Origin: Anaerolineae bacterium
GTDB lineage: Bacteria; Chloroflexota; Anaerolineae; S140-20
DNA length: 64,000 nucleotides
Direction: 5' to 3'
Assembly (NCBI GenBank): GCA_027021705.1
Contig: JALUTT010000059.1
Location: 32,001 to 96,000, forward strand
Shown: positions 46,100-55,098 of the stretch, in pieces
Numbering within the stretch: the stretch's first letter is position 1
Layout of the letters: every line of letters starts with the position of its first letter
Notes under the pieces: model-generated
The model's database searches: none
What the model saw: the letters and a program-made list of their open reading frames with translations, nothing else
What the model was told of the DNA's origin: nothing
Translations under genes and position numbers: made by a program

Positions 46100-47500
46100 T
46101 TACTCCTTCGGTCGCAGGTCCGGTGTCTCCGTCCAGTCCTGGATGACGACGAAGGCGTCGGGTCCGCCCTGGATCATCCGAATCTGTGCCATATGGGGGG
46201 AACGGCTGCCGCCGGAGTAGTCCACCCGCAGCACGCCGTCCAGGGCCTCATAGGGGCTGATGGCGATCAGGGCGTCGTGGACGGCCTCACCGGTGAGGTT
46301 CTCGTAGCCGACGGTGTCAATGGCGTGCTTGATGGCGGCCGCGGCCATATCCACGCCGGCCACCATCAGCAGGTAGCCCACGTTGTGCTCCGCCGGCTCT
46401 CGGTTGTTGGCCTCGAAGAGGCTCTGGGCGTACTGGATGCCGGGGTGGTCGGTGTCGTTCCACCACAGGTAGGGGAAGGCGGCGATGAGCCCGACGGCGT
46501 AGGAGGGATCGGCCAGGAAGGCGTAGGTGGCCAGGTCCATCGCCCAGTTGTCGGCGGCGACCACGAACTGGTCCCGCAGGCCCAGGCTGTACAGGTCGTT
46601 GAGGATGGCCGCCGGACCGAAGGCGAGGGTGTTGGTCCAGATGACGTTGGCGCCGGCCGCCTGAGCGTTCAGGATGGCGGTGGTGGTGTCGGCGGTGGGG
46701 GAGACGTCGAAGGTCTCCTCCAGGACCAACTCGATGCCCAGCTCCTCCAAGTAGGCCCGGCTCTCATCGGTCAGCGCCCCCTGACCGAAGGCGGTGGGCC
46801 AACTGATGTAGGCCAGCTTGATCTCGTCCCCGGCCCCCTCGGGCTTGTAGGTGTCCCAGTTCTCCTTGAGGAACTTCATCACCAGGCCGAACTGGTCGGG
46901 GTAGATGGGGCCGAGGCCAAAGGTGTAGCCGGAGTTCACGTAGAAGCCCCGGGCGCTCAGCCCGGCGGTGATGTTGGGGATCTTGTCCTCAACCATCCGC
47001 TGGGCCAGCGCTTCCACCTCGCCGGAGCCGTAGGTGATCATCACCAGGATGTTGTCGTCCTCGCTGGTGAAGCGCTCGTAGGCGGCGACGGCCTCGTCAA
47101 TGTTGCCGGCGGTGTCGGCGAACTTCACCTCCAGGGTGGCTCCGTAGATGCCCCCTGACTCGTTGATGGCGGCCACCGCGTCCTCAACGCCGTGGATGAG
47201 GGGGGCTGTGATCGCCGCGTAGGGGCCGGACAGGTCGCCGAAGTGGTAGATGGTGATGGTCTTCCCCGTCAGGTCCGGTGGACCGGCCGGGGCGGCCTCC
47301 GTGGGAGCCTCAGTGGGGGCCGGGGTGGGCGAGGGGGGTTGGGTGGGCTTCGGGGTAGGGGTGGGGGGCTTGGTCGGCTCCGCCGCTGTGGGGGGAGCCT
47401 CCGTCGGGGCAGGAGCCTTGGTCGCCGGGGGGGCACAGGCCCCCAGGACCAGCGACCCCACGATCAGGAAGGATAACAGGGAAAGCAGGTGTTTGCGCAT
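46100..47500 (-). CDS. Liv-type ABC substrate-binding lipoprotein
   Basis: Lipobox LGAC, PT linker, DLSGPYA, INESGGIYG. Confidence 0.92.
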   Translation of the reverse strand: MRKHLLSLLSFLIVGSLVLGACAPPATKAPAPTEAPPTAAEPTKPPTPTPKPTQPPSPTPAPTEAPTEAAPAGPPDLTGKTITIYHFGDLSGPYAAITAPLIHGVEDAVAAINESGGIYGATLEVKFADTAGNIDEAVAAYERFTSEDDNILVMITYGSGEVEALAQRMVEDKIPNITAGLSARGFYVNSGYTFGLGPIYPDQFGLVMKFLKENWDTYKPEGAGDEIKLAYISWPTAFGQGALTDESRAYLEELGIELVLEETFDVSPTADTTTAILNAQAAGANVIWTNTLAFGPAAILNDLYSLGLRDQFVVAADNWAMDLATYAFLADPSYAVGLIAAFPYLWWNDTDHPGIQYAQSLFEANNREPAEHNVGYLLMVAGVDMAAAAIKHAIDTVGYENLTGEAVHDALIAISPYEALDGVLRVDYSGGSRSPHMAQIRMIQGGPDAFVVIQDWTETPDLRPKE

Positions 47501-47570
47501 CTTCCTCTCCTCCTTGAGCAGTGCAGAAGGGCCGTCGCCCTCGTCGGGAACCGATGACGATGCTCGGATG

Positions 47571-47692
47571 GTAACGGTTCACCCTCCCGCAGGTTAGGCG
47601 CGTTTCCGACGCGAAACCGTGCTTCCAATAGCCCATCGAGGCTGAGAGCGCCCTCGACCGGCGACCTGCGGGAGGGTAGGCTGAACAGATAC
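47571..47692 (-). mobile_element. MITE-like family A, copy 5 (full length, inverted)
   Basis: GTAACGGTTCACC...GGCTGAACAGATAC with a perfect 8-bp direct repeat CTCGGATG (47563-47570, 47693-47700). Confidence 0.92.
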
Positions 47693-47737
47693 CTCGGATG
47701 GACGGTGGAGCCGTTTATCACCCCCCTTCATCGGTGG

Positions 47738-48802
47738 TCAGCGGTGGGAGAAGGGCCGCAGACGCCAGGCGGCCTTGACCAACTGCCAGCGGTGGGCCAG
47801 CCCCCGGGGCTCGAAGATCAGGAAGAGCATCAGCGCCGTGCCGAAAAAGAGGGGGCGTAGCGCCTGCACCGCACCGGCGGCCGTCGAGGGGAAGAGGCGG
47901 ATGAAGAAGGGGCCGAAGAGCGTGGCCGCCTCGATCAGCAGTTCCACCACCGTCGCCCCCAGGATCGCCCCCAGGTTGGTCCCCAGCCCACCGATCACCA
48001 ACATCCCCAGGAAGAAGATCGAATCGGTCAGGCCGAAGGTCTCCGAGTTGATGTGGCGCAGGTAGTGAGCGGAGAGGGAGCCCGCCACCCCGGCGTAGAC
48101 GGCGGCCAGGAAGAAGGCCTGGAGCTTGTACCGGAAGAGGCTGATGCCCAGCACCTCGGCGGCCAGGTCGTTGTCGCGGATGGTGACGAAGGCCCGGCCC
48201 AGCCGGGAGCGGGAGACGTTGTGGGCGGCGATGGTCGAGAGGATTAGGACGGTCAGGGTCAGGTAGAGGTAGCGCTGGGGGGTGTTGAAGGCCAGGCCGA
48301 AGAGGACAGGCACCTGGACGTTCAGCCCCTGGGCTCCGTTGAGCAGGTCGGGAAAGGCGTTGCGGGTGAACCAGGGGATGATGAACTGGGCGGCCAGGGT
48401 GGCCATGACCAGGTAGAAGCCTTTGACCCGCAACGAGGGCAGCCCGAAGATCAGCCCTACAATCCCCGTGCCCACGGCGGCCGCGGGCAGGGCCAGCAGG
48501 AAGGGCCAGCCCAGGTTGTTGACCAGCAGCGCCGAGATGTAGCCCCCCGTGGTCATAAAGGCCGCTTGACCGAGGGAGATCTGGCCGGTGTACCCGGTCA
48601 ATAGGTTCAACCCCTGCACGGCGATGATGGTGATGCCGATGCGGTTGACCAGGGCGACCAGGCTCTGGCTGGCGTAGAGGGGCAGGGTGTAGAGGGCCAG
48701 GATGAAGGCGAAGAGCAGCCCCCACTGCCACCGCCGTCGAATGACGGCCATGTCGGATGCGTAGCTTTCGTCGAATTCACCAGCCGGACGCAGGACAGCC
48801 AT
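47738..48802 (-). CDS. LivM-like ABC permease
   Basis: GLNLLTGYTGQISLG, GRAFVTIRDN. Confidence 0.93.
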   Translation of the reverse strand: MAVLRPAGEFDESYASDMAVIRRRWQWGLLFAFILALYTLPLYASQSLVALVNRIGITIIAVQGLNLLTGYTGQISLGQAAFMTTGGYISALLVNNLGWPFLLALPAAAVGTGIVGLIFGLPSLRVKGFYLVMATLAAQFIIPWFTRNAFPDLLNGAQGLNVQVPVLFGLAFNTPQRYLYLTLTVLILSTIAAHNVSRSRLGRAFVTIRDNDLAAEVLGISLFRYKLQAFFLAAVYAGVAGSLSAHYLRHINSETFGLTDSIFFLGMLVIGGLGTNLGAILGATVVELLIEAATLFGPFFIRLFPSTAAGAVQALRPLFFGTALMLFLIFEPRGLAHRWQLVKAAWRLRPFSHR

Positions 48803-48805
48803 AGG

Positions 48806-49726
48806 TCAAATCCGTTCGATCCGCTTCTGGCCGAAGAGTCCTTCGGGTCGGATGAGGAGCACGATGAGCAGCACCAGGTAGGGCATGATCTCGGCGGCGT
48901 TGCGCACGCTCTGCGCTTTGGCGGCTGCGACCACCCCTTGGGAGAGCCCGATGATCAGGCCGCCGACGATGGTCCCGGGGATGGACTCCAGCCCGCCCAG
49001 GAGGACGGCGGGGAAAGCGGCCAGCACGACCACCGAGAGGCTCAGGTCGAGGCCGCTGGAGGTGGCCAGCAGGACGCCCCCCGTCGTGGCGACCATCGCC
49101 GCCATCGCCCAGGAGAGGCCGAAGATGCGGTGAATGCGCAGGCCGAGGCTCTGGGCCAGCTCGTGGTCCTCCGAGGTCCCCCGCATCGCCAGGCCGGTGC
49201 GGGTGAATTGGAAGAAAGCCCCGATCACGATGACGCCCAGGATGGCGATGATGAAGGACCAGACCAGGTTCTGCTTTAGGATGATGATGATGGGGCGACC
49301 GTTGTGGGTGAAGGGGGTGGTGATCCGGTAGGGGTTGGCCGCCGAGAAGATCTGAGGGAAGTTGCGCTGGGCACCGCCGAAGAGGAGCAGGGCCAGCCCT
49401 TGCAGGACCTGGCTCAGGCCCAGGGTCATCAGGATGATGGAGAGCAGCGGTTGGCCGGTCATCGGGCGCAGGGCCAGCCGTTCGATGGCCAGCCCTAGGA
49501 GCGCCGAGAGCAGGAGGGCCAGCACAATGGAGAGGGCCAGCGGCAGGCCCTGCTCGACGGAGAGCCACCAGGTGATCAGCGCCCCCATCAGCAGCAACTG
49601 GCCCTGGGCGAAGTTGAAGATGTAGGACGACTTGAAGATGAGCACCAGCCCCAGCGCCATCAGGGCGATAGGGCCGCCGGCCAGCAGGCCGGTGACGGCG
49701 AATTGGGGCAGCAGTTGCCAGTTCAT
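48806..49726 (-). CDS. LivH-like ABC permease
   Basis: ALGLVLIFK..FNFAQG, GLAMRG, RPEGLFG. Confidence 0.93.
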   Translation of the reverse strand: MNWQLLPQFAVTGLLAGGPIALMALGLVLIFKSSYIFNFAQGQLLLMGALITWWLSVEQGLPLALSIVLALLLSALLGLAIERLALRPMTGQPLLSIILMTLGLSQVLQGLALLLFGGAQRNFPQIFSAANPYRITTPFTHNGRPIIIILKQNLVWSFIIAILGVIVIGAFFQFTRTGLAMRGTSEDHELAQSLGLRIHRIFGLSWAMAAMVATTGGVLLATSSGLDLSLSVVVLAAFPAVLLGGLESIPGTIVGGLIIGLSQGVVAAAKAQSVRNAAEIMPYLVLLIVLLIRPEGLFGQKRIERI

Positions 49727-51654
49727 ACCGGCGCCTCCTCTCTCAGCGTGGCGATGCGCACCGTGGTCTCGACGACACCCTCACGCCCATCCCGATACCG
49801 GACCGGCGCTTTGACCCTCACCCGATCCCCGTCGCCGTACATCGCGGTGATGATGGTCTGATAGCGTTCTCCCAGCAGGCCCCGGCGCAGCTTCCGGGTG
49901 CGGGTGAGCTCCCCCTCGTCGGCGTCGAAGGCTTTGTGCAGCAGGACGAACTTGCGCACCCGGGCCGCCGGCGGCAGCGTCCGGTTGACCCGCTCCACAT
50001 CCTGGCGGATCAGCTCGTAGACCTCCGGCTTCTGGGAGAGGTCCACGAAGGTGGTGTAGGGCAACCCCCGCCGCTCTGCCCACCGACCGACGTTCTCGAA
50101 GTCAATGGTGATCAGCGCCGTCACGTACTCCTTGTCCGCCCCCCCGATGGTCATCGCGTCCCGGATGTAGGGGCTGAACTTGAGCCGACCTTCGATGTAC
50201 TGGGGCGAGTACTTCTCGCCGCTGGCCAGGGTGATCATATCCTTGAGGCGGTCCAGGTAGATCAGGTGGCCGTCGGCGTCCAGGAGGCCGGCGTCCCCGG
50301 TGCGGAACCAGCGCCGGCCCTCCTCATCTACGAAGAAAGCCTTGGCCGTGGCCTCCGGGTCTTTGTAGTAGCCTTGGAAGACCGTCGGTCCCCGCACCAG
50401 GATCTCCCCGTTCTCGGCGATCTTCAGCTCCATGCCGGGGATGGGCACGCCGACCGTCTCGAACTTAACGTCGTCGCCCACGTGCATCGTGTGGGCCTGG
50501 GCCTCCGTGGAGCCGTAGAGCTGCTTGATGTTGACCCCGATGGCCCGGAAGAAGCGGATGACTTCGGGGCTGAGGGCGGCGCCGGAGGAATAGGCTGAGC
50601 GAACGCGGGTCAGCCCCAGCTTGTCCCGCAGTGGGTGGAAGAGGGCGACCTCTCCCAGGGCGTTTAGGATGCGCCAGAGCAGCCCCACGGGGCGGCGCTG
50701 CTCGAAGCGCCGTCCGGCCACCCGGTACCCTATGGGCATGAAGAGCCGGTAGAGCAGGCGGTTGATCCAGGTGCTCTCGGCGATCCGGACCTGGACCATC
50801 GCTGCCATATCCTCCCACAGGCGGGCGCTGAAGAGCATGGAGTGGGGGGCGATCTCGCGGATGTTCTCCTGCACCGTCTCCGGCGCTTCGGGGAAGTTGA
50901 CGATCATCCCGGTCCGCAGGTGGATGGTCAGCCCCAGCACGTTCTCCGTGATCCAGGCGGGAGGTAGGAAGGAGACGTACTCATCCTCGTCCCGGCGGGG
51001 ATCCACCCGCATCACCAGGTCACAGCCGGCGATGAGGTTCTGGTGGCTGATCATCGCCCCCTTGGGCCGCCCTGTGGTGCCGGAGGTGTAGCAGAAGACG
51101 GCCAGGTCCTCCCCCCGCCCCTTGTCAACGAGGCGGGCGAAGAGGTCCGGCTGCCTGGCGTCCAGTGCCCGTCCCAGGGCTTGCACCTCCTCGAAGCTGA
51201 TCAGCCAGGGCTCGTTGTAGTTCCACAGCCCCTTGTCATCCCAGTAGATCACCCGGCGGACGGCGGGGATTTGCTCGCGGATGGCGAGGAGCTTGTCGCA
51301 CTGCTCCTGGTCCTTGGCGAAGACGAAGACGGCGTCGGCGTGCTGGACGATGTACTGGATCTCGGGCGGGGTGCTGTCGGTGAAGATGCCGACGGCGACG
51401 CCTCCGCCGGCCTGGATGGCCAGTTGGGCCCAGAAGTACTGGGGATCGTTGTCGCCGATGATGCAGACCTTCTCGCCCCGCTGCAGCCCCAGTTCGACCA
51501 GGCCCAGGCTGAGTTGGCGGACCTGCTGGTAGGAGTCGGCCCAGGTGTAGGGTCGCCAGATGCCCAGGTCCTTCTTGCGCATGGCGACCTTGCGGTGGCC
51601 GTACTTCCGGTAGCCGGCGATCAGCAGTTTGGGCAGGGTGTCGAGGTGGTCCAC
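49723..51654 (-). CDS. Long-chain acyl-CoA synthetase (AMP-binding)
   Basis: YTSGTTGRPKG, YGSTE, WFRTGD. Confidence 0.93.
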   Translation of the reverse strand: MDHLDTLPKLLIAGYRKYGHRKVAMRKKDLGIWRPYTWADSYQQVRQLSLGLVELGLQRGEKVCIIGDNDPQYFWAQLAIQAGGGVAVGIFTDSTPPEIQYIVQHADAVFVFAKDQEQCDKLLAIREQIPAVRRVIYWDDKGLWNYNEPWLISFEEVQALGRALDARQPDLFARLVDKGRGEDLAVFCYTSGTTGRPKGAMISHQNLIAGCDLVMRVDPRRDEDEYVSFLPPAWITENVLGLTIHLRTGMIVNFPEAPETVQENIREIAPHSMLFSARLWEDMAAMVQVRIAESTWINRLLYRLFMPIGYRVAGRRFEQRRPVGLLWRILNALGEVALFHPLRDKLGLTRVRSAYSSGAALSPEVIRFFRAIGVNIKQLYGSTEAQAHTMHVGDDVKFETVGVPIPGMELKIAENGEILVRGPTVFQGYYKDPEATAKAFFVDEEGRRWFRTGDAGLLDADGHLIYLDRLKDMITLASGEKYSPQYIEGRLKFSPYIRDAMTIGGADKEYVTALITIDFENVGRWAERRGLPYTTFVDLSQKPEVYELIRQDVERVNRTLPPAARVRKFVLLHKAFDADEGELTRTRKLRRGLLGERYQTIITAMYGDGDRVRVKAPVRYRDGREGVVETTVRIATLREEAPV

Positions 51655-51655
51655 G

Positions 51656-52432
51656 TCACACGCTCTCCCCCAGGTAGGCGTTGATGACCGCCTCGTTGTG
51701 CCGGATCTCCTCCGGGGTCCCCTCGGCGATCTTGGTTCCGAAATCCAGCACGACGACCCGGTCGGCGATGTCCATCACCAGCCCCATATCGTGCTCGATC
51801 AGGAGGATGGTCGTCCCTCGGCGTTCGTGGATGTCCAGGATGAAGCGGGCCATATCCTCTTTCTCCTCCTGGTTCATCCCGGTCATCGGCTCGTCCAGGA
51901 GCAGCAGGCGGGGTTCGAGGGCCAGGGCCCGTCCCAGTTCGACCCGCTTGCGGAGGCCGTAGGGCAGCGTGCCCACGATGGCCTTGCGGATGTGCTGGAT
52001 CTCGAGGAAGTCAATGATCTCCTCCACCACCTGGCGGTGGGCGATCTCCTCGCGGTGGGCAGGCCCCCAGTAGAGCAGGCACTGGAGCATCCCGGCCCGC
52101 ATGTGGACGTGTCGGGCGGCCATCAGGTTGTCCAACGTGCTGAGGCCGGTGTAGAGGGCGATGTTCTGGAAGGTGCGGGCGATGCCCAGTTGGGCGATGC
52201 GGTGGGGGGGCAGGCGGGTGAGGTCGTGGCCCTCGAAGAGGATGCGGCCCGCGTCGGGGTGGTAGAAGTTGTTGAGGCAGTTCAGGAGGGAGGTCTTGCC
52301 GGCCCCGTTGGGACCGATGATTGCCAAAATCTCGCCAGCGTAGACATCGAAGCTGACGTCGTTCAGCACCTGAGCTCGGCCAAAGCTCAGCGATACGTTC
52401 TGCACGCTGAGATGTACGCGATCCGTCGTCAT
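51656..52432 (-). CDS. LivG-like ABC ATP-binding protein
   Basis: GPNGAGKT, RTFQN, LPYG, EHDM; candidate promoter TTGACG-17-TACCCT at 52566-52538. Confidence 0.95.
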   Translation of the reverse strand: MTTDRVHLSVQNVSLSFGRAQVLNDVSFDVYAGEILAIIGPNGAGKTSLLNCLNNFYHPDAGRILFEGHDLTRLPPHRIAQLGIARTFQNIALYTGLSTLDNLMAARHVHMRAGMLQCLLYWGPAHREEIAHRQVVEEIIDFLEIQHIRKAIVGTLPYGLRKRVELGRALALEPRLLLLDEPMTGMNQEEKEDMARFILDIHERRGTTILLIEHDMGLVMDIADRVVVLDFGTKIAEGTPEEIRHNEAVINAYLGESV

Positions 52433-52645
52433 CAGAAGGCTATCGGCGGAGGTGGACAGTCGGGTCAGGGCTGCGTTCCCAGGGTCCCAGGCGGTCTAGG
52501 GCTGCGAAAGGGGGCTGGTGAACCTGGGTGGGGGCATAGGGTACCATAAAAGTGGGGCATCGTCAAGGGGAAGTCGGCTTGCCTAAGCGAGTTTTGTATA
52601 ACCCGAGGCCGGAGCACGAAAAATAACTCCGTTTTGAGGTTTCTT

Positions 52646-53098
52646 TCAAGCTGTGAGTGAAAGTGTCCAGGTGAGAAGAGGACGGCTACTTCCTTGTTCT
52701 TCCCCGACTATCTTAAAACCCAAGCGAGCGTAGAAGCCTCGTGCCGATAAGTCAGCAGGACATTTGAGGAAAATCGTCTGTTTCCCCAGTGTGATTGCTT
52801 CAATACGCAGTGCCTCGACCAATGCACGCCCGACTCCCTGTCGGCGGCACTGAGGAATCACGGCGATATGGTAAAGGGTGGTCTGTGCATCGCGGCGATG
52901 GTGATACTCGACGAAGCCGATTAGTCCTTGATGATCCTCTGCAACCAATACCTCCCCGCGATGGATAGACTCCGCTAAAGCCGGACGCAAGACAAAGCCC
53001 AACTCGTATCGGTGTGCATCGGCAATGGTTTTGATGGCGTCCAGGTCGGCAAGAGAGGCTTTGCGGACCGTCAGGGTTTCATTCGTTCCAGAGGTCAA
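52646..53098 (-). CDS. GNAT-family acetyltransferase
   Basis: IAV..CRRQGVGRAL and ARGFYARLGF; probable TTG start at 53098 after AGGAGG. Confidence 0.85.
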   Translation of the reverse strand: MTSGTNETLTVRKASLADLDAIKTIADAHRYELGFVLRPALAESIHRGEVLVAEDHQGLIGFVEYHHRRDAQTTLYHIAVIPQCRRQGVGRALVEALRIEAITLGKQTIFLKCPADLSARGFYARLGFKIVGEEQGSSRPLLTWTLSLTA

Positions 53099-53687
53099 GA
53101 CGCTCCTCCTCGGCTGGGGCAATGCTACTGCCACCGTGGCGGCTTCGGCGCGGACGGATGCTCAGGTGGTGTACCGTCTCGCGTTCGTCGTCCACTAGAA
53201 TGGCTTCTCCTACTCGCTTCAGCTTCCTAATAAGCGCCTGGAGTTCGCTGCCCATATAATCCTGACTGAGCCGGTTAAGGGCGTTGACGTCATCCCGAGT
53301 CGTGAGTTTGTGACTCAGGATCACATCGCATTGTGACAGCACCTCACGATCAATGGCCGATGGTTGCTGGCTGGCAACAATGAGCGAGAGGCCGGGCTGG
53401 CGTCCTTCCTTGGCCCAGCGCACCAACTGCTCTTTCGACAGCGTTGTGCCACCAGCAGGCATAAACTGATGGGCTTCATCGATCGCCAACCAGATGCGTG
53501 GCAGTGGTGAGGCCAGACCGAACTCTTCGCGCAATCGAGCGTCCGCGCGAGCACGGAAAAGATTGCGGGCAATGACGGAAATGGTCAGATTGCGCCGGCC
53601 GCGCGGTCCGCTTTCCAGTCGGCTCAGGTCGACAATATTAGCGATCCCAGGCTGGAAGATGGTGTCCATTGGCACATAACCTTCTTC
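53079..53687 (-). pseudogene. C-terminal half of a HerA/DUF87-like ATPase
   Basis: Walker B WLAIDEAHQF, KEGRQPG, SQQPS; Walker A and N-terminus are absent. Confidence 0.8.
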
Positions 53688-54510
53688 TTTGCCCTCCTTG
53701 ACCCCGGCCTCGATGGTCTGGCGTCCGTTGTAGAAAGTGAACCAGCCCTCCAGGTCTGCGGTCACCGGCTCTTGGCCATAGTGCAGGAGGAGGCCGTATC
53801 GCTCCTGGTCACCGGTGTGGAACCGCTCCAGGGCGACGTCCAGCGGATAGGGGCAGTTGGCGACCATCTCGTTCTCCAAAGCCACCATCTCGGCGTTCTT
53901 GCCCACCCGAATCCAGTCGGTATAGGGCCGAAAGAGTGGACACCTCCTGGGCCCACTTTTGACGTTCCTTTTCCACCTGGGCCAGACGCTCTTGGGCCTG
54001 TTCTAATCGGGCTTGGGCACGGGCCTGCTTGACCTCCGCTCTCTCCAGCAGGGCTTTGTGCTGGGCAATGCGCCGGCTCAAAAGGGCTGTCCTCCGCCAG
54101 GGGCGAGCCCCTGTGCGTGCCTCGGCCGCCCGAACCAGAGCCTCGGCCTGGGAGGAAGAGATGGTATCGCCAGGATGCTGTTCCACCGACAGCCACAGCC
54201 GGCCGTAGGTGGGACTGTGCAGGCTGACCAAGGCTGCTTGGTAGCCCAGTTGCACAGCGTCGCTCATCCAGCCGAAGGCAGCCCCCGGATAGGTGGTACT
54301 GGCGTTGGAGACGGGCCGCCCTGTCAGGTCACCGTCGTAGATCAGAACCCCTCGGTCCCGCAAAGCCAGCAGGACTTCCCGCTCGATGAAGGGGCGGCCA
54401 ATGACTTCCAGGGCCTCCTTCACGGCGGTTACGGTCTCCTCGGTGCAAGCCTTGAGGGTGCGGCTGACGCCGCTGTAGTCGGCCCAGCCTTCCTGCCCCC
54501 AGGCTTGGGA
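53688..54510 (-). pseudogene. Fragmented DDE transposase (IS1380-like)
   Basis: AWGQEGWADYSGVSRTL...YDGDLTGRPVS...GY, frame break near 53920, then FYNGRQTIEAGVKEGK and abrupt truncation. Confidence 0.7.
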
Positions 54511-54597
54511 TGAGTTTACCCCAAGGCTGCTCAGTTGTAAAAGTTCTGTTTCTAGCCCGTTTTGAACGGTTTGGGCTCCATTTGCACAAAAGTTGCG

Positions 54598-55098
54598 CTA
54601 GGGGTCGGGGAGCCACACCGCCACGGTCGTCACCGTGCCGCCGGAGCCGGGTAGATCGAAAGGTTCGCTCGTGCCCAGCGGCCGACCTCCCCGGCCCGCA
54701 TAGACCACCCAGCGGAAAGGCCCCTTGCCCAGGTCGGCCTCGGCTACCCACCACACCTGCCGGCCCACTACTCCCTCATCGCTCACGGCGACCTCGTTCA
54801 GCGTCCCCTGCCAGCCCTCGACGTCGTGCCACTCGCCCCGGCCATCCTGCCACTGGACGATGGTCCACAGGGTCTGCCAGTGCACCTCGGCCCAGGGCCA
54901 GGCGGCGGGAAAGTGCGCTTGCAGTTCGATGAGGGCGCCGACAAGGGCCGGCGGGGTCACGTATGGTGGCGTGGGCGTGGCGGGCCGGGGCGGCAGCGCA
55001 GGCCGGGCCCGCGCCGGCCCCGGTAACAGGGCGAACAGGATCAACACACCCAGGCCGGCCGTTAGCGCGGCGCGGGGATGAATCTGGGTCTTGGCCAT
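54598..55098 (-). CDS. Small secreted hypothetical protein
   Basis: Signal peptide, Pro-rich linker and Trp-rich beta domain (VQWQD..GEWHDVEGW). Confidence 0.75.
   Translation of the reverse strand: MAKTQIHPRAALTAGLGVLILFALLPGPARARPALPPRPATPTPPYVTPPALVGALIELQAHFPAAWPWAEVHWQTLWTIVQWQDGRGEWHDVEGWQGTLNEVAVSDEGVVGRQVWWVAEADLGKGPFRWVVYAGRGGRPLGTSEPFDLPGSGGTVTTVAVWLPDP

Larger units (their letters stand above)
52583..54601 (-). mobile_element. Decayed IS-like composite segment
   Basis: A/T-richer ends with an imperfect inverted repeat (GC.A.TTTTGT..AA...GAG.CC) enclosing a transposase relic and cargo. Confidence 0.5.

Noticed and set aside
53079..53906. 275-aa ORF as a genuine gene
   Set aside because: It is an in-frame chimera of transposase and HerA fragments with no Walker A
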